From: an uncultured Spirochaetota bacterium
Lineage (GTDB): Bacteria; Spirochaetota; Spirochaetia; SZUA-6; Fen-1364
NCBI GenBank assembly: GCA_963820525.1
Contig: CAWGAA010000003.1
Span: 736,001 to 800,000, forward strand
Length of the DNA stretch: 64,000 bases
Direction of reading: 5' to 3'
The number at the start of each line of letters is the position of its first letter. Within the stretch, counting starts at the first letter, position 1. The notes under the pieces were generated by a model. The model did not search any database, had not been told where the DNA came from, and worked only from the letters and a program-made list of their open reading frames with translations. Below are positions 47,714 through 56,422 of this stretch, piece after piece. Both the position numbers and the translations under genes were made by a program.

Positions 47714-48333
47714 AGGGCCACCTCCTTGCGCCCGGAGCCCAGGATGTCGAGGAGCTGGTTGCCGAAGTAGCTCATCTGGGAGGCCTGGCTCTTGATGCGC
47801 GCAACGAAGAGGTGGTAGCAGATGAAGTAGGGAATCGCCACGATCAGCCCGGCGGCGGTCGTGATCATGGCCTGATAGATTCCCGCCGCAAGCGCGTTCA
47901 CCGTGATGTTCGTTCCCAGCTGCTCCCAGGTCATGAATGCTTTGATCAGGCCCACGATGGTGCCCAGGAACCCCAGCATGGGCTCCACCCCGATGATCAC
48001 CAGGAGTCCGCCCAGCCCCCGCTCCAGCCTCTGGATGTTGCGCTCCCCTTCCCGCTCCAGAAGCCGCTCCAGCTCATCGCGCCTCATGCCGCGGTTGGAG
48101 ATGCCCAGAAGGAAAAGCTTGCCGATGGGGTGTTTCACCGCCCCGCATTTCTCCGCGGCCTTCGAGTAGTAGCCGCGTTGAACGTCGAGGAAGACGTCCT
48201 TTGCGAACAGCGGCACGTTCTGCCGGATCGCCAGGAGCGCCCACGCCCTCTCGAGGATTATGGCGAGCGCCACGACGGAAAGAACAATGATCGGCACCAT
48301 GACGGCGCCGCCCTTGATGATCATAGGAAGCAT
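47710..48333 (-). CDS. exbB: ExbB/TolQ/MotA family proton channel
   Basis: GG.VM.PI, ILER, PMLGFLGTIVGLI.AF, GIYQAMITTAAGL.VAIP. Confidence 0.88.
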   Translation of the reverse strand: MLPMIIKGGAVMVPIIVLSVVALAIILERAWALLAIRQNVPLFAKDVFLDVQRGYYSKAAEKCGAVKHPIGKLFLLGISNRGMRRDELERLLEREGERNIQRLERGLGGLLVIIGVEPMLGFLGTIVGLIKAFMTWEQLGTNITVNALAAGIYQAMITTAAGLIVAIPYFICYHLFVARIKSQASQMSYFGNQLLDILGSGRKEVAL

Positions 48334-48425
48334 CAAAAACCCCCTGAAAGGCCTGAGAGGCCTCTCGCGCGTAACGATATCACGATCCGGCAAGCTTTTC
48401 ATCAGCCTCCGGGCGCTGCCTTTTA

Positions 48426-48453
48426 GAAAGTTTTGCCTCTGTTATGCCGAAAA
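48426..48453 (+). promoter_or_regulatory. Candidate sigma28 (FliA) promoter upstream of fapA
   Basis: GAAA-16 nt-GCCGAAAA, against the consensus TAAA-N15/16-GCCGATAA, followed by an AGGAGG RBS. Confidence 0.5.
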
Positions 48454-48478
48454 TCGAAGGAGGGGACGGTTAGAAGCC

Positions 48479-50032
48479 ATGATGCCCTTCTCAGGATCCG
48501 ACAGAGACGGCGCAATCCTTGTCCATATATCCGAGGACGAGATGCTTGCCGTTGTGGACCTCTACCCCCATGTGGGAAAGGGCAAGCCGCTCGATCTGGA
48601 CTCTGTGGAATACGCCATGCTCAATGCGGGCGTCACGAACGGAATCGACCGGGAAGCCCTGGTCGAGGGCATCCGAAACACGGAAGGCAAAGACGAGCCG
48701 CTCAAGGGGGTCGCGGCGGCGCGAGGAACACCCGCTGTCAACACGACGCCGCTGCACTTCGAGTTGTCCTTCCATGCTGAGAGCGCGCATGCCAAAGCCC
48801 AGGAGAAGGTCGACTACCGGGAGTCCTCCGCCATTCCCATCGTGCATAAGAACGACGTGCTGGCAAGACCCGTTCCACGCGTGGAAGGCAGGCAGGGAAT
48901 CACCGTGACGGGAAGAGAGCTGCCCTTCTCGGATGCTGCGGATGAGCGGCTGGAAGCGGGAGACAACGTCGCGGTATTGGGAAACGGCCAATACGTGGCC
49001 CGGGACGACGGCCGCCTGATAGCCGAAAAGGGAAGGATCCGCATCGAAAGCGCGCTGATCGTGGAGAAGGACGTCGATTTCTCCACGGGAAACATCCGCT
49101 TCCCCAAGGACGTCGTCGTCAACGGAAACGTGCTGGACGATTTCGTGGTGGAGACCAACGGGAACCTCTCCGTCAAGGGGCTGGTTTCCGCGGCGTCCCT
49201 CTACGCGAAGGGCGCGATCGAGATCCTGGGAGGTTTTTCGGGAAAGGGCCGGGGAGCCGTCCGGGGAGACGGTGAGGTCCATGTGGCGTACGTGGACAAC
49301 GGCCTTCTCGTCTGCAAGGGGAATCTCGTCGTCGCCAATGAAATCGTCAACTCCTCGGTCTTCTCAAACGGGAAGGTCACCTGCGTCGGGAAAAAGGGGA
49401 CCATCATCGGCGGCAGCGTCAGCGCGCGCGGCGGAATCGAGTGCTCAACGGCGGGCGCGGAGAGAAGCCACGCCACGCGGCTGGAAGTCGGGGTCGACGT
49501 GCTGGCGGCATCGCGCCTGAAAAAAGCCGAGGCTCTGATCGCCAGGCTTTCCGAGCGGATCTCCGCCGTGGCCTTCGCCCTGGAGGATGCGTCGAGGAAG
49601 GGGAAGAGCTCGCCGGGCCTGGACAAGGAACGAAAGGAGCTCGTGGGAAAGCTCAACGAGGTGGTCCTTGTCCGTGAGAAGCTCAAGGAGGTACTCTATT
49701 TCCCCGAAGCGGCTCTGGTGCGCGTGCACGCACGCGTCTTTCCGGGAGTGGTCATCTCGATATGCGGAGTCGAAAAACCGATCACGGAGACGATGGGCCC
49801 CACGACATTCGCCCTGGACGCCGGCAGCGGCCATATCGTAACCGACAAGCAGCCCAAAGGCTCTCATCCGGCGGACGCCGGAGGAGTCCATAAGCCCGGC
49901 GCCTCCGCTCATGAGAAGGGCGGCCATCCGGCGGACGGTCGAGGCGCGGGCGAGCGCAAGCCCGCCCCCCCCGCGCACGAGCAGGGCGGCGGCGGCGAGC
50001 CCCGACGCGGGAAGCGCAAAGGGGACGGTTAG
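48479..50032 (+). CDS. fapA: FapA / DUF342 family protein
   Basis: ISEDEMLA, GVTNGID, VDYRE, G.TVTG, DVDFSTGNI.F..DV.V.GNV, IIGG...A, T..EVG, RVFPGV.I. Confidence 0.85.
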   Translation: MMPFSGSDRDGAILVHISEDEMLAVVDLYPHVGKGKPLDLDSVEYAMLNAGVTNGIDREALVEGIRNTEGKDEPLKGVAAARGTPAVNTTPLHFELSFHAESAHAKAQEKVDYRESSAIPIVHKNDVLARPVPRVEGRQGITVTGRELPFSDAADERLEAGDNVAVLGNGQYVARDDGRLIAEKGRIRIESALIVEKDVDFSTGNIRFPKDVVVNGNVLDDFVVETNGNLSVKGLVSAASLYAKGAIEILGGFSGKGRGAVRGDGEVHVAYVDNGLLVCKGNLVVANEIVNSSVFSNGKVTCVGKKGTIIGGSVSARGGIECSTAGAERSHATRLEVGVDVLAASRLKKAEALIARLSERISAVAFALEDASRKGKSSPGLDKERKELVGKLNEVVLVREKLKEVLYFPEAALVRVHARVFPGVVISICGVEKPITETMGPTTFALDAGSGHIVTDKQPKGSHPADAGGVHKPGASAHEKGGHPADGRGAGERKPAPPAHEQGGGGEPRRGKRKGDG

Positions 50033-51994
50033 GAAAGCATCACCTGGCCGCCGGTTACGGGCAGGGCCTGGCCGGTCTCGTACTCCTGCTCTACAAGGTA
50101 GAGGATTGCGCGCACAACGTCTTCGACGCGGCACCCGCGGCCCATGGGCACGCGGGACTCGTAGAAAGCCTTCACGTCCTGGATGCTCTTCGCGCCGGGC
50201 GACCTTCCCCGCCCGGAGGTATTGCACGAAAAGCCCGTTTTCAGGGTCGGACCAGAGCGGCCCCTCGAAAAAGTTTCCCGGGCAGATCGAGTTCACCTTG
50301 ATCCCGTGCTCCACGAGCTCGAGGGCGAAGGACTGGGTCAGGCCGATCCCGCCGAACTTGCTCCCGGCGTAGGCGAAGTTCTTGTTGCTCCCCTCCAGTC
50401 CGGATTTCGAGTTGATCTGGATGATGTCCGTAATAAGGCCGGAACGGAAGCGATGCTGGAGCTTCATCACGGGGGAGAGGTGCTTGACGCAGAGGAAGTA
50501 GCCGGTATAGTTGACCCGCGTCACGAAGTCGAAGGTTTCCTCGGCCAGCTCATCCAGGCCCCCCGCCCGAAGGACCCCGGCGTTGCTCACCACGAGGTCG
50601 ATGCCCCCGAAGCATTTCACGCTCTCCCGGGCCAGGGCATCGAGGGAGGGGGGACGCGTCACGTCGGCGGCGACGAACAGGGCGCCGTTTGCCGCTCCGC
50701 CCGCGGCGAGACCCGCGGCTACGGCGCGGCCCTCCGCCTCGTTCACGTCCGCCACCACCACGTTGGCGCCCGCGCGAAACAGCCCCTCGGCAATCCCCTT
50801 GCCGAATCCCTGCGCCGCCCCCGTGACCACCGCGATCCTGCCCTCCAGCCTGCGCTCGGCGGCCTTCTTTGCCACGGAGCTCCGGTAGCTTTCGACTTCC
50901 CACGACGTGATGAACTCGATCTCCTTCCTTGAGAGGAAGCGCGGACCACCGAAGCTCTCGGACAGGGCGCTCACCCTCATCATATCGGCGAACATGTCGA
51001 GTGCCGTCTCCGCGGAGCGCTTGGAGTCCTCAGCCGCCGCCATCCCCAGGCCGCCGATGAGAAGCACCCGCGGAAGACTTCCCCAGGCCTTTCTGTATTC
51101 TTCAAGCCGCAGGGGCATTGCGGAGAGAAACGCATCGAGGTCTCCCGTGAAATCCGCCACCAGAGGCGAGACCCCGCAGTACACGATGTTGTCGGGCGTG
51201 AATGGCAATGACACTTTGCGGCGGTTCTCCGGGCGCAGGAACCACTCGATGAGCGAATCGTTGCGGATCGAAAGGATCTTCGGCCTCTCGACCCCCGAGA
51301 GCATCATGCGCAGGGCCGGAAGAATGCCGGTCACCACTTCGGGCACGGGGAGGGGGCGGACCTCCAGGGGCGCAAAGAAGGCGCCCCGGATCTTTGCCAG
51401 AACCTCTTCGGTAAGCGACTGGATCTCCCCCGCCGTGTCCGCGGCCACCACCAGGCCGTGGTTCTGCATGAGGATCACGTGGGGGTCTCCTCCGCGCCCC
51501 TTCCTGCAGGCGGCAAGGGCGACCGCGAGGCTCCGGGCCAGGGTATAGCCGGGGTCCGTGTAGGGGATGAAAAGGACGTCGTCCCCGAAGAGCCTCCGCG
51601 ATTCGGCTTCCCCGTTTGCGGCGCACAACAGGGCATTGACGGTGAAGGGGTGCGTGTGCACCACGAGGCGGTATTCGATCATCTCGTGAAGCGAAGACTC
51701 GACGGACGGGCGGCCCCCCCTCTCCGGCTGGAGGCGGGCGGCCAGGAGATCGGCCTTGACCTCCGCTTCGCGCCGGAAGGGGTCCGTGCTGTAGATCCTG
51801 GAGAGGATCTGCCGGACGGCCGCTCGGGAGAGCAGGACGAATCCATTTTCGCTGATGCCGCGAAGCGGAATGCCGCTCGCTTTCACGGCCAGGGTCTCGT
51901 CGTCCTTGATCGAGGTGTTCCCGCCCCCGGCCACGGCGAAGTCGAGGCCTTCGCCGTAGAATCGGGAGATTTCAACCAGCCCCTTCATGTCCAT
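50029..51994 (-). CDS. Bifunctional class II aldolase (rhamnulose-1-phosphate type) / short-chain dehydrogenase; one-base frameshift near 50195-50201
   Basis: GGGNTS.K, VKASG, PSVE..LH, VHTHP, NHGL, TPD; SDR motifs TGAAQGFG, NAG, YAGSKFG. Removing one base gives GAKSIQDVKAFYESRVPMGRGC...TGQALPVTGGQVMLS-stop (50029). Confidence 0.8.
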
Positions 51995-52001
51995 GGATCC
52001 G

Positions 52002-53273
52002 TCACTTCCTTCTCGCGAGGACCTTTTTTTCGTACTCCGCGACGTTCGACATCCACGTGGCGCCCACCGGTACTCCCTTCTGGTGGCAGTAGCGGTCCCA
52101 GACGGCGCCCAAGGGGAGGGTCTTGATCTCCTCCATGAGGGCGAGGCGCGCCGTGAGGTTCCCTGAAGTCTCCACCCGCTCCAGCTGCTCCGTCGGCTCC
52201 AGGAGCGCAGCAAGCACGGCCTTGAGCGCGGCCCGCGCCCCGATCACCCACGCGGCCACCCTGTTGATGCTGGCGTCGAAGTAGTCCAGCCCGAGGCTCA
52301 CGCGGCTCCATGCCCCGGCGCGCGCAATCTCCGAGGCCACCGCCCGCAGCGGGTCGTCCAGGATCACCACGTGGTCGCTGTCCCAGCGTACACCGCGGCT
52401 CACGTGGATGAACAGCTCCCTGGCGAACAGGAGAATCGCCGATATCTTGTCCGCCACCGACTCGGTGGGATGGAAGTGCCCCATGTCGATGGTGAGCATC
52501 ATGTCGTTGGCCAGGGCATAGCCGAGGTAGAACTCGTGGGAGCCTACCACGTAGGACTCGGAGCCGATCCCGAAGAGCTTCCCCTCCACCGTGTCCCGAG
52601 CGAACCGCGGGTCCAGCTTCCTGGCGAAGATCCGGTCCAGCGACTCCTTCAGCAGGGCTCGCGGAGTGAAACGGTCCACCGGGACGTCCTTGTAGCCGTC
52701 CGCGATCCAGAGGTTCACGATGCAGGGGCTGGCCAGCTCCCTTCCCATCGCTTCTGCGATCTCCCGGCAGCGGATGGCGTGCGCCACCCAGAAATCCCGC
52801 ACCTTTTTGTCCCTGCTGGAGAGGGTGAATCCGCTTTCCGCCAGCGGATGGCTGAAGAAGGTCTGGTTCAAGTCCAGCTTGACTCCCTTGTCCTTGGCCC
52901 AGGAGATCCAGCGGGAGAAGTGCTCGGGAGCCAGGCGGTCGCGCTCCACCTTCTTCCCCCCGGTCTCGGCATAGATTGCGTGAAGGTTCACCCGGTGCCG
53001 GCCGGGGATCAGCGAGAGGGCTTTTTCAAGATCGAAACGCAGTTCCTCGGCGTTTCTCGCTTTGCCGGGATAGTTTCCGGTGGCTTGAATGCCCCCGCCG
53101 GACAGGCCTCCGTCACCCTCGAATCCCCCGACGTCGTCCCCCTGCCAGCAGTGAAGGGACAGGGAAATCGCGGCCAGGCTTTTCATGGCCGCTTCGGTGT
53201 CGACGCTCCAGGCTGAATATGCAGCCTGCGCCGCCTCGTAGTCGCGCGAGATCCTTTTCTCGCCAAGCTCCAT
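52002..53273 (-). CDS. rhaA: L-rhamnose isomerase
   Basis: SLHCWQGDDV.GFE, GGGIQATGNYPGKAR, NLHAIY, EGKLFGIGSESY.VGSHEFY, HVSRGVRWDSDHV, LDYFDASINR. Confidence 0.95.
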   Translation of the reverse strand: MELGEKRISRDYEAAQAAYSAWSVDTEAAMKSLAAISLSLHCWQGDDVGGFEGDGGLSGGGIQATGNYPGKARNAEELRFDLEKALSLIPGRHRVNLHAIYAETGGKKVERDRLAPEHFSRWISWAKDKGVKLDLNQTFFSHPLAESGFTLSSRDKKVRDFWVAHAIRCREIAEAMGRELASPCIVNLWIADGYKDVPVDRFTPRALLKESLDRIFARKLDPRFARDTVEGKLFGIGSESYVVGSHEFYLGYALANDMMLTIDMGHFHPTESVADKISAILLFARELFIHVSRGVRWDSDHVVILDDPLRAVASEIARAGAWSRVSLGLDYFDASINRVAAWVIGARAALKAVLAALLEPTEQLERVETSGNLTARLALMEEIKTLPLGAVWDRYCHQKGVPVGATWMSNVAEYEKKVLARRK

Positions 53274-53342
53274 AACGGGCCTCCTCGGCGCCGTCGGGAC
53301 GGTTGGATGGCCGGCCTCGACGCCGCATTACGCTCAAGGAAA

Positions 53343-53372
53343 AATGTACAGGGAGGAGAGTCATCGGGTCAA
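53343..53372 (-). promoter_or_regulatory. Sigma70 promoter for the rha genes
   Basis: TTGACC-18-TACATT on the minus strand, with a GAGGAGG RBS before rhaA. Confidence 0.55.
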
Positions 53373-53490
53373 AGAGCCGCCAAGCGGCGCGAGGGCGCCC
53401 TGGCCGGCGAGCGCCCGCCTTGTGCCGGGCGCCGCCGCGCATCGCAGCCATCGGGCTCAGCGTCGGCCCGCCGGGGTTGCACGCCGCGCT

Positions 53491-54804
53491 CTAGTTCGTC
53501 AGCGCCGCGATGGCCGCCCCGATCAGGGGCGCATCCTCGGCGGCGATGATCTCATAGCTTCTCTCGCGCTTTTCCCGCAGGAACGAGCGCATGGCGCATT
53601 CCACCCGGATGCGGAACCCCTTCATCTGCCAGAAGGTCGTGCCGTCCACCGTGATGCACACGGGGAAGCGCGGGTCGGCGCCCTTGCCCGTCTTGAGCAG
53701 GACGGCGCACAGGTTGGAGGCCACAAGCACGGCGGCCCGTTCCACGATGGCGTCCATGATTGAGTACAGGCCCTGCGCGTCGGCGGGCGGGATGCGGGAA
53801 CAGAGAGCCGAAAGCGAATTTGCTCCGGCGGCCGGCGAGGAGAGGAAGTCGCTCACGTCCTTGGTGGAAACGGATTGAAGCCCGGCGAGCGCCCGGCCCG
53901 TCTCGGGGGAAAGGCAGCCGTCGCGCGCCGCGCGACGGGCCGCGGCGAAGCACAGGCCGCCGAGGTAGGCGCCGGAGATCATCTTCTCGTTCCTGTACTT
54001 GCCCGGGTTGGCCGTGGAGGCGTTGAACTCCACATCCACCGCTCCCGAGGGGACGCGGGAAAAAGAGCCGGACTCGGTGTTGATGATCTGAGAGCCCGCC
54101 GGGTCCAGCTCGGGCTTCTTCTTGATCGCGGAGTTGGCTTCGACATACGCGACATTGAGGCCCGTGCCGCACACGAAGCCCACGAACCCGTCGAACCGTT
54201 TTCCCGGCACCGACTGCCGGCCGGCGAGCAGCGTCGCCACCGTGTCGTTGAGCAGAACGACCCGCGCAGGCTGGAGCAGGCCCGCCGCCTTCATCGCGGC
54301 GAGCAGGCCTCTGCCGATCATCTCGCCTTCCACGCCGCGAGCCTTGATCTCCTTGGAAAAGTACAGGAGCCTGCCGTCCTTGTCCGGGGTGATCTCCGCG
54401 GGGTAGGAGAAACAGAAACCGATGCCGTCGGCCTTCCCGGCAACGGGAGCCGCGAACCGCGCCAGCGCGGCGAAAAACTCGTCCCTGCCGATCTCCCCGT
54501 CGCTGCCCGGCATGCGGTGCCGGGCCAGATCCTCGATGAGGGGTTTTCCGCGGCCATCGAAGCTCACCACCGCCACGCGCAGGTTTGTCCCCCCCGCGTC
54601 CATGGCGATCACGCGCCGCGCGGCGGGCACCTCGCGGGATGTCTCGATGTAGGTGGGAATCATGTCGAGGCTTGACGGGAGTCCCTCCAATCCGCGGCGC
54701 ATCTCCTCCAGAAAAGCGGCGGCGGTGCGCCCCATATCGACTCCCCGGTAGTGCATCCGCGTGCGGATGAGGAACGCGTCGACGCGGCCCCTGACATCCT
54801 TCAT
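53491..54804 (-). CDS. Hexokinase (eukaryote-type hexokinase family)
   Basis: L.MIPTY, DAGGTNLRVA, GFCFSYP, LNDTVATL, GTGLN, INTESG, EKMISGAYLG, VDGT, GAAIAA. Confidence 0.9.
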   Translation of the reverse strand: MKDVRGRVDAFLIRTRMHYRGVDMGRTAAAFLEEMRRGLEGLPSSLDMIPTYIETSREVPAARRVIAMDAGGTNLRVAVVSFDGRGKPLIEDLARHRMPGSDGEIGRDEFFAALARFAAPVAGKADGIGFCFSYPAEITPDKDGRLLYFSKEIKARGVEGEMIGRGLLAAMKAAGLLQPARVVLLNDTVATLLAGRQSVPGKRFDGFVGFVCGTGLNVAYVEANSAIKKKPELDPAGSQIINTESGSFSRVPSGAVDVEFNASTANPGKYRNEKMISGAYLGGLCFAAARRAARDGCLSPETGRALAGLQSVSTKDVSDFLSSPAAGANSLSALCSRIPPADAQGLYSIMDAIVERAAVLVASNLCAVLLKTGKGADPRFPVCITVDGTTFWQMKGFRIRVECAMRSFLREKRERSYEIIAAEDAPLIGAAIAALTN

Positions 54805-54866
54805 TCGCCAATCCCTCCCTCACCCCTTTGTACGTTTTTCATGGAGAAAAATCCAGCCGCGGTCGC

Positions 54867-55661
54867 TCAACGGCTCTTCGCAATAAGCGACATTCCGATG
54901 GCGGACTCCATTTCCTGCTGGAGCGAGTAGAAGATGAAGCGATGGATCTTCTCCTTCGAATTCGAGGCGATGGGATGGCGGAACATGAGAAGGTTGCGGG
55001 GGCCGCCCTCCTTGACCTCTCCCACGAACGTGCCGGAGACCCGGCACAGGACCCCCTTCAGCTTGAGCTGGATGTCCTCGAAGATCGCGTTCGCCTTCAA
55101 GGGAAGAGGCTTGTCCAGACGGAAGGTCATGCCGGCCGCGCTGATGTCCACGATGACGCCGGTGACGAGGCGGCCTTGGAACTTCACGTTGAAGGTTGCC
55201 TTCTGCGGATCCATGCACCGCGCGCGCACGTACCGCCGCCTGCCGCGCGCCTCGTTCGCTTCCAGGGTCTTGAGAATGATCCTCTTGCTCTCCACCAGGC
55301 CCTGCTTGAGCTGGATGAAGCCGCAGGGGACCCCGATTTCCATGAGGTAGGTCTTGGCGAGCGCCTGGTCGACATTGTAGGTGAGGATTCCCACGCGGGT
55401 GGAGGACCTCTCCCGGTCCGCCAGAAGCTTGCGGACCCAGGCTTCCCAATCCTTCTCCGAGAGCGTGTCGTCCACATTGACGAATACGATGGATCCGGGA
55501 AAGACCGCCGCGGCCTTCCACAACGCCTCGTGGCTTTTCAGGACATAGATCTCGTACTGGCTGTCCATGATTTCCATGAACAGCTCCTCGTTGAATACGC
55601 TGTGCGGATTGAGAAAAAAGACCTTTCTCCCCCAGGCGGCTTTTACTTCCTCCGATGTCAC
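54867..55661 (-). CDS. PilZ domain protein (spirochaete type, with an N-terminal REC-like region)
   Basis: RRRYVR (RxxxR) and DISAAG (D/NxSxxG) c-di-GMP-binding motifs. GGAGGGAG RBS before the GTG start. Confidence 0.82.
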   Translation of the reverse strand: MTSEEVKAAWGRKVFFLNPHSVFNEELFMEIMDSQYEIYVLKSHEALWKAAAVFPGSIVFVNVDDTLSEKDWEAWVRKLLADRERSSTRVGILTYNVDQALAKTYLMEIGVPCGFIQLKQGLVESKRIILKTLEANEARGRRRYVRARCMDPQKATFNVKFQGRLVTGVIVDISAAGMTFRLDKPLPLKANAIFEDIQLKLKGVLCRVSGTFVGEVKEGGPRNLLMFRHPIASNSKEKIHRFIFYSLQQEMESAIGMSLIAKSR

Positions 55662-55837
55662 GTGGCTCCCTCCAGTCGCGCCTCACGGCACGGCCGCGCG
55701 GCATCGCGTGAAGGCGCTTCGTCATGGTATCGAAATCATGCTGATCCGGCGGCGCCGTCGGCCATGCCGTGGAAGCACAAGGGTGTCACAGCGTATACGG
55801 GGCGTCAATAGGGCGGAGCGTGGAGAGCCGTTCGGCC

Positions 55838-56389
55838 TTAGCCCGGCTCGGGCAGCGTCGCGAACATCGGCTTGAGCGTGATATCGAGGTCCTGGGCATT
55901 TTGAAGAAGGCCAAGCTCCTCCTTGAGGCGGGCTATGGAGACCGACGGGGAAATGACGAGGTGCGCCTTCATGCGGAACATCGGCGCTCCCGTCCACGGC
56001 GCGGCCCCGGTGTCCGTTTCCAGGTCTTCGATGTTGACCCCATGCCGGCGGAGCACGGCGGTTACGGCATGAACGATTCCCGGCGAGTCGAGGGAGACAG
56101 CCTCCAGGAGGTACGGCCTGCCGCTTTCCTCCGCGCGCGGCGCGCTCGTGGCCCGCCACTCGATGCGCAGCCCGAGCCGCTCCCCGCGGTCAACAAGAGA
56201 CCTCGCAAGCGATTCCATGGCCGGGGCGTCCCCGGAGACCAGCATGATGACGGCGAACTCGCCGCCGAGCACCGCCATCTTGCTCTCCTCGATGTTGCAC
56301 GCGCGCTCGACGACAAGGCCGGAGATGTCGTCCACGATGCCGACCCTGTCCGGACCGATGGCCGTGAGGACCGCGAATGACTTCGCCAT
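55838..56389 (-). CDS. Tandem ACT domain protein (GcvR-like)
   Basis: IGPDRVGIV, CNIEESKM..LGGEFA, DSPGIV..V...L...GVNI, APWTG.PMF. Confidence 0.88.
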   Translation of the reverse strand: MAKSFAVLTAIGPDRVGIVDDISGLVVERACNIEESKMAVLGGEFAVIMLVSGDAPAMESLARSLVDRGERLGLRIEWRATSAPRAEESGRPYLLEAVSLDSPGIVHAVTAVLRRHGVNIEDLETDTGAAPWTGAPMFRMKAHLVISPSVSIARLKEELGLLQNAQDLDITLKPMFATLPEPG

Positions 56390-56422
56390 GGCCGAAGCCT
56401 ACCACCCCGCGGCTTCTGGAGT

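Noticed and set aside
53374..53490. GC-rich intergenic stretch upstream of the rha promoter as an ncRNA
   Set aside because: Only short, weak stems and no recognisable motif. It cannot be distinguished from background.
55662..55837. Known c-di-GMP riboswitch, SRP RNA or 6S RNA
   Set aside because: The conserved sequence motifs of these families are not visible. Kept only as an unassigned structured element.
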